From an uncultured delta proteobacterium (GTDB lineage Bacteria; Desulfobacterota; Binatia; UBA9968), in NCBI GenBank assembly GCA_963727625.1, contig CAVSHR010000012.1, positions 384,001 through 448,000 of the forward strand: 64,000 bases of DNA, written 5' to 3'. Position 1 is the first letter of the stretch. Each line of letters starts with the position of its first letter. Below the pieces are notes generated by a model that saw nothing but the letters and a program-made list of their open reading frames with translations, did not search any database and was not told the DNA's origin. Made by a program: the position numbers and the translations under genes. Positions 1 to 8,663 of the stretch are shown in pieces.

Positions 1-896
1 TCTTCGCGGAAGCGGGCCGCTTCGACTTCCGTTTTCAGGTCCCGGTTGGAGGCCGCGATGATGCGCACGTTCACTTTGACCGGCATCGTTGAGCCCACCG
101 GCAAAACAGTTTTCTCTTCGAGCACGCGCAACAGCTTCGGCTGGAGGCTCAAGGGCACCTCACCGATCTCGTCGAGAAAGATCGTGCCGCCGCGGGCGCG
201 CTGGAACAGCCCCTCTTGCGAATTCACCGCTCCGGTGAACGATCCTTTCACATGACCGAAGAGCTGGCTTTCCAGCAGATTTTCCGGAATCGCGCTGCAA
301 TTGACCGGCAGAAAGACACTGTCCTTCGACAGGCTGTTGGCGTGAATCGTGCGCGCCACGACCTCCTTGCCAACGCCGCTCTCTCCGCTGATCAATACTG
401 TCGTCGGGGTCGGCGCCACCTTCTTAATCATGTTGATGATTTCTTGCATCGCCGCGCTGCGCCCGAGCGGCCGGTCCGGACTAAACTGGCCGTCGATCTC
501 GCGCCGCAGGATTTGGTTTTCCCAGGCCAGCTTGCGGTGTGAGATCATCCGCTGGACCTTGCGCTGCACGTCTTCGAAAATCAGCGGCTTGAGTAGATAA
601 TCCTGCGCGCCCAAGCGTAGCGCTTCGATCGCCGTCTCCACGGAGGCGTGAGCCGTCATCAGCATGATGAGAGTTTGCGGTGAGACTTCCCGGGCGTGCT
701 TGAGAACCTCGATGCCACCGGCTTGCGGCATCATCAGATCGGTGAGAATCACATCCAGGTCGAGCTTGCTGATCAACTCCTTGGCCACGTTGCCGTTTTC
801 GGCCTCATGGACCTCATAGCCCTCGCCTCTCAAAAGCTCCGCCAAACTCGCCCGCGCGGTGTCTTGGTCTTCGACGACTAGAATAGTGCCGGGCAC
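1..896 (-). CDS. Sigma-54-dependent response regulator (NtrC/AtoC family), 5' part; runs off the window edge
   Basis: Manual translation from GTG at 896: receiver domain (ILVVED...DVILTDLMMP...AQDYLLKP), then AAA+ sigma-54 interaction domain (GESGVGKE Walker A, LESQLFGHVKGSFTGA GAFTGA-like loop, GGTIFLDEIGE Walker B). Not in the ORF track because the stop lies outside the window. Confidence 0.95.
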   Translation of the reverse strand, partial: MPGTILVVEDQDTARASLAELLRGEGYEVHEAENGNVAKELISKLDLDVILTDLMMPQAGGIEVLKHAREVSPQTLIMLMTAHASVETAIEALRLGAQDYLLKPLIFEDVQRKVQRMISHRKLAWENQILRREIDGQFSPDRPLGRSAAMQEIINMIKKVAPTPTTVLISGESGVGKEVVARTIHANSLSKDSVFLPVNCSAIPENLLESQLFGHVKGSFTGAVNSQEGLFQRARGGTIFLDEIGEVPLSLQPKLLRVLEEKTVLPVGSTMPVKVNVRIIAASNRDLKTEVEAARFRE

Positions 897-913
897 TTGA
901 ATTTATACCGTCC

Positions 914-929
914 TTTTCAATTGTGGGAA
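914..929. promoter_or_regulatory. Candidate activator-binding palindrome (TTTTCA-N4-TGGGAA) upstream of the response regulator
   Basis: 2 mismatches to the perfect TTCTCA-N4-TGAGAA copy at 16081. Confidence 0.35.
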
Positions 930-1086
930 TAGGTCATTCCAAGTTTCCCGAGAACGCAAATCCGCGACCACAAACCCCAAGTCATTTTTCGTGAAAAGAA
1001 TAAGCAAGCAATTGCGAAGCCAACCGGGGAAGGGCTGAAACCCGGTGCACAAATCCCTGTTTTCAGTATTTGCTATGATCGTAGGC

Positions 1087-3702
1087 TTAAGATTTTCGGC
1101 TCATCGAGCGCGGCAAAAAGAGGCGGAATTGGGTGCCTTCGCCCGGCTGGCTTTCGTAGGAAATTGTCCCGCCATGGGCGGACACGATTTGCCGGACGAT
1201 GACCAAACCTAAACCGCTGCCGTCCTTCTTGCTGGTAGAAAATGGCGCGAAAATATCGGTTCCCGGTGGAACTCCGGCACCCGTGTCGGAAATCGTGACG
1301 AGGACACCTTTGTCCTTCTGGACGGTCCCGACCGTCAACTCGCCGCCCAGGGCCATCGCTTCGATGGCGTTTTTCACCAGGTTGAGCAGTGCTTGCTTGA
1401 GCTTGTCTTCGTCGACGTCGACCACGGGTAACTCAACCGAGTCACGGCGCGTAATGACGATTCCGCGCGACTCGCAAACCGACTTTTGCAGATCAAGAAC
1501 TTCATCGATGACCACCGGTAGATGAGTCGGGCGAAAAGTAAATTCTTGCTTGCGCGATAAGCCGCGGAACTCTTGCACCAATTGATTGAGCCTGCCGATC
1601 TCTTTTTTGACGTTAGCAATATCGGCTGTGACCCGCTCATCCGGCGACGGCTGCCGCATGAGCCGCTGCTCGACAAGCTGCAACGTGAGAAAGATTCCAT
1701 TCAGCGGATTGGCTATTTCATGGCCGATCCGCGACGCCGTGCCGCCAATCGCCGCCAACCGTTCGTTCTCCACCGCACGGGCCTGCAGCTCGGCGGTTAC
1801 CGAGACGTCTCTTATGAATGCCGCGTAGTGGACTTCCTCGTCCGCTTCGATCTCGATCACCGAGAGCTCGATCGGAAATTCTTCGCCGTTTTTCCTCTTC
1901 GCCGTCACCGTCCGAATGCGCCCGATCGCATGGGGCTCGCGGGTTCGTTCGTAGCGCGCGATATAGCCGTCATGTTCCGAAGCGTAGGGCTCGGCCATGA
2001 GCATTTTCACTTTGCGGCCGACGACTTCATCGATCGAACAGCCAAAGATGCGTTCCGCAGCCGGATTAAAGACAACGATCCGTGCCAGCCTGTCGATCCC
2101 GATGACCGCGTCCTGAGTGGTTTCGATCAAACGCCGAGACCAGGTCTCGGCTTTAAGCCGCTCGGTGATATCGGCGCCGCTACAAAGCAACCCCTCCAAC
2201 CGCCCATCGGGCGCTCGAAGGATAACCCCCGACCACTCGATCTCACGTTCACGGCCATCCTTGGTCAAAATTGCGTTAATATTCCAGTTAACTTGAAGTC
2301 CGGCGATCGCGTTCTCGAACAACTTGCGGATCCGCGACCGATCGCGTTCGGGAATAAACCTCGGGAACCAATCCCTCCCCTGCGTCTCTTCGAGCAAATA
2401 ACCCGACAGCTTTTCGAAATAGCCATTGTAATAAACAACCCTCCCCTCGGGGTCGAGCAATAAGACGATCGCTTGGGCGGTATCGAGAAGACTGGTGGAA
2501 AATTGCTTTTCTCGCTGCAACGCCTGCAACGCGTGGGCTTTTTGGGTATTGGCTAACAAGAGCGCTTGGTTGATGCCTATGAGCTCATGGGCCCGTCGCT
2601 CAACTTCGCCCGTGAGTGTCTCTTGGGATCGACGCAAGCTATCCTCTAAGCGCTTTTGTTCGGTAATGTCCGTCGATATGCCGCAAATGGCGTAGAGCTT
2701 TCCCGCAGAATCGAACATCGGATATTTATTGGACAAATAGAAGTGCGGCCCATTCTCATGCGGTGCGACTTCTTCGAATTCCATCGGTGCGCCGGTCTCG
2801 ATCACTTTAAGATCATTGGCGCGAAACACCGCGGCAATTTCTGTTGGAAAAATTTCCGCGTCGCTTTTACCCGTCACATCTTCCAGACTGACACGAAAAA
2901 GCTTCTCAAACTGGTGGTTGACCGTGAGGTATCGACCATCTGGATCTTTGAGGAAGATGACTCTCGTTGAGCTATCGATGATCGACCGAAGCAAAGTTTC
3001 ACTCCGATACAACTCGTCGTCGCGCAGGCGATGGTACCACAAAGAACCTAAATAACGGGCGACGTTAGAAACCAATGCGGTCGTGCGCGGGTCGGCGAGC
3101 CGTTTTTCCGACGATTGCAAGACAATGACGCCGTAGATTCGATCCTGCGCAACTACGGGCGCCGCCAGAGCGGATTTCAAACCAGCAGCTCGGGCGACTT
3201 GGGCCGTCGGAAATTGTTCCAGAGGCAAGTTCCCCAGTTCTTCGAACCATTCCGTCTGGCGGGACTGCCAAACTTTGCCGGGGATGCCCGTTGCTATCTC
3301 CACGGCAATGAATCCGCTGAAACTCCCGAAGCGCTTTCTGGACTCTGCGTCCGGATAATAGCAATCCCTGGCCTCAAGCCGTTCACCATCGGCTGTTGGA
3401 ACCCACAGGACGCTGAGATCCCATCCGATAACGAGGCATAGTTGTTCGAGCGTCATCCGAAACGCCGAGTCAAAATCACGCCCGGCGGTTCCAAGTTGTA
3501 ACTTCTCCAGCACGAGCCAAAGCTCTTCTTCGGCGCGTTGGCGCGTGTTGATTTCAACCGCAAGCGCTTGTTTGGATTTTGCCAATTCCGCGGTTTTTTC
3601 AAGAATCAGGGTTCTGATCCTTTCGCGCACCTTTGGGTCGCGGATGTCATCAATTGGGTCATTTCCAGCCACGGCAGCCTCAGCCTTTCTTTTGATTAGC
3701 AA
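1087..3702 (-). CDS. GAF + multi-PAS sensor histidine kinase; last PAS is FixL-like (haem)
   Basis: 871 aa: GAF (GIPGKVWQS...ALAAPV), three PAS/PAC domains, H-box (IGHEIANPL), N/G boxes (NLVKNAIEA, DTGAG, GSGLGL). Third PAS has LMAEPYASEHDGYIARY, matching the FixL haem-ligand motif. Confidence 0.93.
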   Translation of the reverse strand: MLIKRKAEAAVAGNDPIDDIRDPKVRERIRTLILEKTAELAKSKQALAVEINTRQRAEEELWLVLEKLQLGTAGRDFDSAFRMTLEQLCLVIGWDLSVLWVPTADGERLEARDCYYPDAESRKRFGSFSGFIAVEIATGIPGKVWQSRQTEWFEELGNLPLEQFPTAQVARAAGLKSALAAPVVAQDRIYGVIVLQSSEKRLADPRTTALVSNVARYLGSLWYHRLRDDELYRSETLLRSIIDSSTRVIFLKDPDGRYLTVNHQFEKLFRVSLEDVTGKSDAEIFPTEIAAVFRANDLKVIETGAPMEFEEVAPHENGPHFYLSNKYPMFDSAGKLYAICGISTDITEQKRLEDSLRRSQETLTGEVERRAHELIGINQALLLANTQKAHALQALQREKQFSTSLLDTAQAIVLLLDPEGRVVYYNGYFEKLSGYLLEETQGRDWFPRFIPERDRSRIRKLFENAIAGLQVNWNINAILTKDGREREIEWSGVILRAPDGRLEGLLCSGADITERLKAETWSRRLIETTQDAVIGIDRLARIVVFNPAAERIFGCSIDEVVGRKVKMLMAEPYASEHDGYIARYERTREPHAIGRIRTVTAKRKNGEEFPIELSVIEIEADEEVHYAAFIRDVSVTAELQARAVENERLAAIGGTASRIGHEIANPLNGIFLTLQLVEQRLMRQPSPDERVTADIANVKKEIGRLNQLVQEFRGLSRKQEFTFRPTHLPVVIDEVLDLQKSVCESRGIVITRRDSVELPVVDVDEDKLKQALLNLVKNAIEAMALGGELTVGTVQKDKGVLVTISDTGAGVPPGTDIFAPFSTSKKDGSGLGLVIVRQIVSAHGGTISYESQPGEGTQFRLFLPRSMSRKS

Positions 3703-3901
3703 AATAGCAGCGCTCGACGATCACACTTTGCCGCAATCGCCTGCCCATCCGACTCACCCGGATTCCGGTCCATGGGAAGATTATCCTAAAGTCGAGAAAA
3801 CTGTTAGTTTTTGTCCTCGGGTCGAAAGCGTTGTCAATGCTAACTCTCTGAGAATAAACAACATTGCTCTATGCGACTCAAGGAGAAGCAACGACGATCG
3901 A

Positions 3902-3917
3902 CGGCATGATGCTTGCT
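3902..3917 (+). promoter_or_regulatory. Sigma-54 (-24/-12) promoter
   Basis: CGGCATGATGCTTGCT, GG-N10-GC, about 65 nt upstream of the small ORF at 3981. Confidence 0.7.
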
Positions 3918-3980
3918 CATGATACCAGAGCGGTGGGGAAACATAACCCGGAGCGTTGAGGCTTTTCACGGGAGGTCGTT

Positions 3981-4094
3981 ATGGCAAGTGAGGCTGAACT
4001 CTTTTACTTGGTGTTGCTTACACTATTGACTCTGCTTGTTCACTTGATTCTTTCGACGAAACACCGCCGCCATGACAAGGATTCCCACGCTTGA
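3981..4094 (+). CDS. Small single-pass membrane protein (37 aa)
   Basis: GGAGG RBS before ATG; MASEAELFYLVLLTLLTLLVHLILSTKHRRHDKDSHA; hydrophobic helix and basic tail. Below the ORF-track cutoff. Confidence 0.6.
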   Translation: MASEAELFYLVLLTLLTLLVHLILSTKHRRHDKDSHA

Positions 4095-4157
4095 GCGTGG
4101 CGGCAAATGGTGACAATCAGGCACTGGGGAACGGCTGCTCAGCCGAGCAGCGAGTTA

Positions 4158-5273
4158 CTAAGCCGTTGTGCGCTCGGCCGTGTATCGACGGCAGGCTGCC
4201 AAATTCGTTAGCGGACAGAATCTTCTAAGAACGGCGTCGCTACAGCTATATCGATAGGGAAAGCGATGCTGATAGGCAGAGGAAGCGACGTTGCGCAATT
4301 CCTCGATCGAGAGGCCGATATCGTTGCGCCGGTTCCATTCCAATAATCTCTCTACCGTTTCATCGCTCGTCAATCCCATCAAGCGAAATTCCGAGGCCAG
4401 TCGAATCGCGCAATTATTTCGGTAACCGGGTTCGATGTGATTCTGCCATACCGCCTGCGCGCCGGCGCAACGGAATTCGGGATGGGCGATGTCCGCCGGC
4501 CGACGAAACCGATAAGCAAACGGTTTCCGGGTGAGCCTTGCCACTTGGCGGCTGATGCGCCGGTACAGTTCCGCCGCGTTGGGATTGGCCTTCACCGGGG
4601 CGCTGGAAAGAAAACCGGTCGAATCGGTCAGCTTTAATGGCTTGGCGGCACGCGCCATTTCGCGGGTCGCCGCCGCTGAAAGAGATTTTAGCTCCGCGCT
4701 GCTGACGATAACCTTGTAGAGCTTGGTTTTCTCGTGGATCGTGTTCGGCAACCGCAGCAGCCGAACCCGATCCTTGATCGACAGATCGACGGTCCCGCGC
4801 AAGGCTTCGGGCAGCGCCTGGGCCAGGTGGCGCCGCAGGGAATCGAAAATCGTTGGCAAGCCCAGCGACGGCGCAATGCGGCCGAAGCTGCGGGTATCGA
4901 GCATGAAGTGAAAACCTTTGGCGCCGCTAAAATAAACCTGCAAAGCGGCGGGGTCGAGCGCCCAGCTTTCGAGCAAGAAAGCGCTGAGCCGCTTGGCCGC
5001 CTCCAAAGCCGGCACCAACTCGGGATGGTCCAGATCCAAGGGCAAGAATGGCGCCCAGACTTTGCCGCCATAGCCGGAAATGCTCGGCGCCGAGCCGTCC
5101 GGCTGAGCGCTCATATGGGTCAGCACTTCATCGGAATAGAAAAAGTAAGTGCAGTAACACCCATAGCTCTTAAAGGTATCGACCAGCCCGGGAACATCGC
5201 CAATGGCGACGATGTGATTGCGGAAGCCTCTTTGAAAGTGCGCGGCAAAATCGACCAGTTGATACTTCCCCAT
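4158..5273 (-). CDS. Archaeo-eukaryotic primase (AEP/PrimPol)-like protein with PriCT-like Cys-rich C-terminal domain
   Basis: Motif I LDLD, motif II YFSGAKGFH, motif III region VDLSIKDRVRLLRLPNT; C-terminus PGYRNNCAIRLA...LLEWNRRN...SAY...YSC...FC...AC. Confidence 0.8.
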   Translation of the reverse strand: MGKYQLVDFAAHFQRGFRNHIVAIGDVPGLVDTFKSYGCYCTYFFYSDEVLTHMSAQPDGSAPSISGYGGKVWAPFLPLDLDHPELVPALEAAKRLSAFLLESWALDPAALQVYFSGAKGFHFMLDTRSFGRIAPSLGLPTIFDSLRRHLAQALPEALRGTVDLSIKDRVRLLRLPNTIHEKTKLYKVIVSSAELKSLSAAATREMARAAKPLKLTDSTGFLSSAPVKANPNAAELYRRISRQVARLTRKPFAYRFRRPADIAHPEFRCAGAQAVWQNHIEPGYRNNCAIRLASEFRLMGLTSDETVERLLEWNRRNDIGLSIEELRNVASSAYQHRFPYRYSCSDAVLRRFCPLTNLAACRRYTAERTTA

Positions 5274-5344
5274 GGGATAACTATATCCCTCTCATTGTTC
5301 GGACCCAAGGCACTTCGCACTCTCGCAAAGTCTTGTCGGCTTTA

Positions 5345-5360
5345 TTCTTACTTCTGAAAA
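5345..5360. promoter_or_regulatory. Candidate activator-binding palindrome (TTCTTA-N4-TGAAAA)
   Basis: 2 mismatches to the 16081 palindrome; about 60 bp upstream of the -24 box at 5421. Confidence 0.45.
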
Positions 5361-5419
5361 ACAACGGTCACCCTTGGCAACTAAACCTCATTTATATTGG
5401 GCTCCCGGAGACGCTTGAG

Positions 5420-5435
5420 TGGCACGGCTTCTGCA
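5420..5435 (+). promoter_or_regulatory. Sigma-54 promoter for the zinc-ribbon/CBS/hemerythrin/hydrolase/nrdJ operon
   Basis: TGGCACGGCTTCTGCA, GG-N10-GC. Confidence 0.75.
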
Positions 5436-5522
5436 CATTTGTCGGCGCGGGATGCCGTGGCAGGATGTCAACACACGGCAGTCTAATTTCGGCCTACGGC
5501 AAGATCAGGGAGCACAAATTTT

Positions 5523-5696
5523 ATGCCCAAATACGATTTTCGCTGCGCCCGATGCAATAGAACTTTTGAGCTGAGCTGGTCGCTCGCAGAATATAACAAA
5601 CGGATCAAAGAAAAAAATAAATGCCCAAAGTGCGGTAGCACGAGAGTAGTCAAGATGGTTTCTCTAGTGCAGGTGAATACCGCGAAGAAGAGTTAG
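5523..5696 (+). CDS. FmdB-family zinc-ribbon regulatory protein (57 aa)
   Basis: MPKYDFRCARCNRTFE...KCPKCGSTRVVK; two CxxC motifs and the typical MPxYxxxC start. Not in the ORF track. Confidence 0.88.
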   Translation: MPKYDFRCARCNRTFELSWSLAEYNKRIKEKNKCPKCGSTRVVKMVSLVQVNTAKKS

Positions 5697-5735
5697 TAGA
5701 CAGTTTGATCGGAAGTTTGCCTGGAGCACCCATCG

Positions 5736-6167
5736 ATGAAAAATGCCGCTGCAACAACCAAACCGGAATCAACCGTCGCGGCCATTATGACCACCGAGCT
5801 GGTGAGCTTGAAACTGAACGACACGCTTCGGCTCGCCGACGATTTGATGAATTTGGCGGATATCCGCCATTTTCCGGTCTTGGACGGCGATCGCCTGGCC
5901 GGGATTATCAACCAAAGCGACTTGCTCCACGCTTCGATGGCTTCGCTGATCCACCGTCCCAACGACTCGCCGCGCGCGGCGTTGGGCGCAGTTGCGGTTA
6001 GAGACGTGATGAAGCCAGCAACGACCGTCGCCGCCGACACCTCGCTCAACGACGCCGCGCGAATCATGGTCGATCGCGGCGCCGATTGCCTGCTGGTGTT
6101 AAAGGATCAAAAGCTTGTCGGCTTGGTGAGCCGCACCGACTTGCTGCGTGCCATGGCCCGCGGCTAA
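5736..6167 (+). CDS. CBS-domain protein
   Basis: Paired CBS repeats (IRHFPVLDGDRLAGII; LLVLKDQKLVGLVSRTDLL). Confidence 0.92.
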   Translation: MKNAAATTKPESTVAAIMTTELVSLKLNDTLRLADDLMNLADIRHFPVLDGDRLAGIINQSDLLHASMASLIHRPNDSPRAALGAVAVRDVMKPATTVAADTSLNDAARIMVDRGADCLLVLKDQKLVGLVSRTDLLRAMARG

Positions 6168-6218
6168 AGCCTGTAGAACGCGCTTGCGGGCGGTGGAAAA
6201 ACCAACGGAGGAAATTTT

Positions 6219-6848
6219 ATGCTTGTAGAAAACCGTATGACCAAAGAGCCGGTCACGATCGAGGCAGACGAATTGCTGATCCGCGCGTCGCATAAGATGC
6301 GTTCGGGTGGCTTTCGCCGCCTTCCCGTGGTCAGGGGCGGCAAGCTCATCGGCATCGTCTCCGAACGGGACCTGCGTGAGCACCGCGGCGACTTGGAGCA
6401 TGTCAAGGTGAATGGCGTGGTGACCGAAAATCCGCTCACTGTTAGCCCAGGAACGACGGTGGAAGAGGCCGCCCGGATCATGATGGAACACCAAATCGGC
6501 GGGTTGCCGGTTATCGAAGACGGCCGGTTGGTCGGCATTATCACTGTCACCGATGTCATGAACGCTTTTCTCGAAATGATGGGTGCCTCGAAGGGCGGCA
6601 GCACGCGCATCGATTTCGTCTTGGAAGGCGAAGAACATGGATTTGTGGAGGCCTCCCGCGTCATTGCCCGCGAGGGTGGCGAAGTCTTAGGAATCGGCAC
6701 CTATCGCGACAAACTGGGGGATAATTCGATTTGCTATCTCCGCTTGATCGCTGGCGACGCCGATAAGATCGCCCAGGCGCTCCGATCCAGCGGGTACGAT
6801 GTCCTGGGCGTACATCGAATCGGTGGTGGTGCCAAGGCAATGGACTAA
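6219..6848 (+). CDS. CBS + ACT domain protein (AcuB-like)
   Basis: MLVENRMTKEPVTI, FRRLPVV, IGGLPVIEDGRLVGIITVTDV, then an ACT-like C-terminus. Confidence 0.88.
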   Translation: MLVENRMTKEPVTIEADELLIRASHKMRSGGFRRLPVVRGGKLIGIVSERDLREHRGDLEHVKVNGVVTENPLTVSPGTTVEEAARIMMEHQIGGLPVIEDGRLVGIITVTDVMNAFLEMMGASKGGSTRIDFVLEGEEHGFVEASRVIAREGGEVLGIGTYRDKLGDNSICYLRLIAGDADKIAQALRSSGYDVLGVHRIGGGAKAMD

Positions 6849-6867
6849 TCCTTTCAGGAGGTGCGCC

Positions 6868-7296
6868 ATGTCGTTGCAAAATTTCTGCCGCAAGCCACTG
6901 GTGCGAATTTCGCTCGATACCAACATCGCCGAAGCTTGTCACCTGATGGAGCAGAACAACGTCGGCTGTCTAATCGCCGAAAAAGAAGGCAAGCTCTGCG
7001 GCATCATTACCGATCGGGACATTGCGCTGCGGGTCGCCGGCGCGCAGCGAGATCCCCAGTCAACATTGGTCAAGGAGATTATGACTCCTGATCCGGTGCG
7101 GATCTCGGTGGACAAAGACCTGCGCCAGCTCACCGCGCTGATGCACGCTTACCACGTGCGCCGAGTGCCGATCGTCAACGGTTTCGACACGACTTTGGGC
7201 ATTGTCACTTTCGACGATCTCATCGCCCAGTTGGGCGATGAGATGTCGGACATCGGCAAGGCCATTTCGGAAGAATTTCCGCAGGGCAATGCGTAA
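6868..7296 (+). CDS. CBS-domain protein (Hrp1/Rv2626c-like)
   Basis: AGGAGG RBS before ATG 6868; GIITDRDIALRV and VRRVPIV CBS motifs. Confidence 0.92.
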   Translation: MSLQNFCRKPLVRISLDTNIAEACHLMEQNNVGCLIAEKEGKLCGIITDRDIALRVAGAQRDPQSTLVKEIMTPDPVRISVDKDLRQLTALMHAYHVRRVPIVNGFDTTLGIVTFDDLIAQLGDEMSDIGKAISEEFPQGNA

Positions 7297-7347
7297 GCCG
7301 CGTGTCTGTGCCGGGATCGCTATGGGCATTTTCACGGGGGCCGGGCC

Positions 7348-7857
7348 ATGAGTAACATCAGTGAATCGCTCAGAGAAGAGCACGGCGAGATCGCCAAAAA
7401 GATCGAGCTAATGCGCGTCACGGCGGATGCCGTCAACGCCGCAGCGCCCGAAACCCTGGCCCGCGACATCGATAAGATCGACGACTTTCTCCTGCATCAG
7501 TTGCTGCCCCACGCCTTCGCCGAAGAGGAAGTGCTCTATGCCGTGGTCGCAAAAATATTTGGCACGCCGCGCGCCACGACGCCCATGAGCTTGGACCACG
7601 CCGAAATCAGCCGCCTCGCCGAGCAACTCAGGAAGTTGCGGGGGCAGCTTGCCGTTGGCGCCCTCGTCACCGAGAGCGCCAACGATTTACGCCGCGTGCT
7701 TTACGGTCTTTACGTTCTGACGAAAACCCACCTCGCCAAGGAAGAAGAAGTTTATTTGCCGTTGCTCGACGAGCATCTGAGCGAGCAAGAAGCCCATAGG
7801 CTGCTGCACAAGATGGCAGACATTGCGCACCGGGTCGGCGCCCGTTCGGATCATTAA
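7348..7857 (+). CDS. Hemerythrin/HHE-domain protein
   Basis: EEH, HAFAEEEVLY, DHAEI and HLAKEEEVYLP HHE motifs. Confidence 0.9.
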   Translation: MSNISESLREEHGEIAKKIELMRVTADAVNAAAPETLARDIDKIDDFLLHQLLPHAFAEEEVLYAVVAKIFGTPRATTPMSLDHAEISRLAEQLRKLRGQLAVGALVTESANDLRRVLYGLYVLTKTHLAKEEEVYLPLLDEHLSEQEAHRLLHKMADIAHRVGARSDH

Positions 7858-7912
7858 AAACTCTCGCGGCCGGGCATTCACAACCGGGCGACTTTAAACC
7901 TAAGAGGCAAAA

Positions 7913-8590
7913 ATGATGAGCGTAACCGCAACAGAACGGGAACTCGACGGGGAGCTGGTCAAGTTCCCCGCCGACGGTGTCGAATTGGAAGGAGCGCTCG
8001 CAATTCCTGCGCGCGCTAAAGGCGTCGTGCTTTTCGCTCACGGCAGCGGCAGCAGTCGCCACAGTCCGCGAAACAACTTCGTCGCCCAAAAACTGCACGA
8101 CTCGGGCATCGGCACGTTGTTAATGGATTTGCTGACGCGGCAAGAAGACATGGTTTATGAGAATCGCTTCGATATCGATCTGCTCACCTGGCGGCTCGAG
8201 CGCGCGACCCAATGGCTGACCGAGCAACCCGCCGCCCAGTCCCTTGATATCGGTTACTTCGGCGCCAGCACGGGTGCCGCTGCGGCGCTGAGCGCTGCCG
8301 CGACTTTGGGGCCGGCCATCGGCGCGGTGGTATCCCGCGGCGGCCGGCCCGACCTGGCGATGGCGGCGATTCCACAAGTATCGGCGCCGGTCCTCTTGAT
8401 CGTCGGCGCTCTGGACGGCGTGGTGATCGATCTCAATCGGCAGGCTTATGAAAAACTCAAAGCCGAAAAACGGCTGGCGATCGTCCCGGGCGCGAGCCAT
8501 TTGTTTGAGGAGCCGGGAACCCTGCAAGAAGTGGCGCGCTTGGCTGCGGCCTGGTTCAAGCGTTATCTCGGACGAAAAAGAGAAAATTGA
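7913..8590 (+). CDS. Dienelactone-hydrolase-family alpha/beta hydrolase
   Basis: FAHGSGSSRHSPRN, GYFGASTGAA nucleophile elbow, SRGGRPDLA, HLFEEPG. Confidence 0.9.
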   Translation: MMSVTATERELDGELVKFPADGVELEGALAIPARAKGVVLFAHGSGSSRHSPRNNFVAQKLHDSGIGTLLMDLLTRQEDMVYENRFDIDLLTWRLERATQWLTEQPAAQSLDIGYFGASTGAAAALSAAATLGPAIGAVVSRGGRPDLAMAAIPQVSAPVLLIVGALDGVVIDLNRQAYEKLKAEKRLAIVPGASHLFEEPGTLQEVARLAAAWFKRYLGRKREN

Positions 8591-8663
8591 AATTGCGTCG
8601 GGCAGACTTATGGGGGGGCGCTCTGCCGTCGCGCCGATTTGGGACTCACTAAACGCGCCGGAA

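Noticed and set aside
4158-5273. Calling the AEP a CRISPR-associated primase-polymerase or LigD domain
   Set aside because: No cas1/cas2, Ku or ligase nearby; architecture differs.
5320-5340. Possible sigma-54 promoter for the primase (minus strand CCGACAAGACTTTGCG)
   Set aside because: Lacks the invariant GG at -24.
8448-8663. N-terminal extension of NrdJ in the ORF track
   Set aside because: Overlaps the hydrolase gene; RNR similarity begins near 8700.
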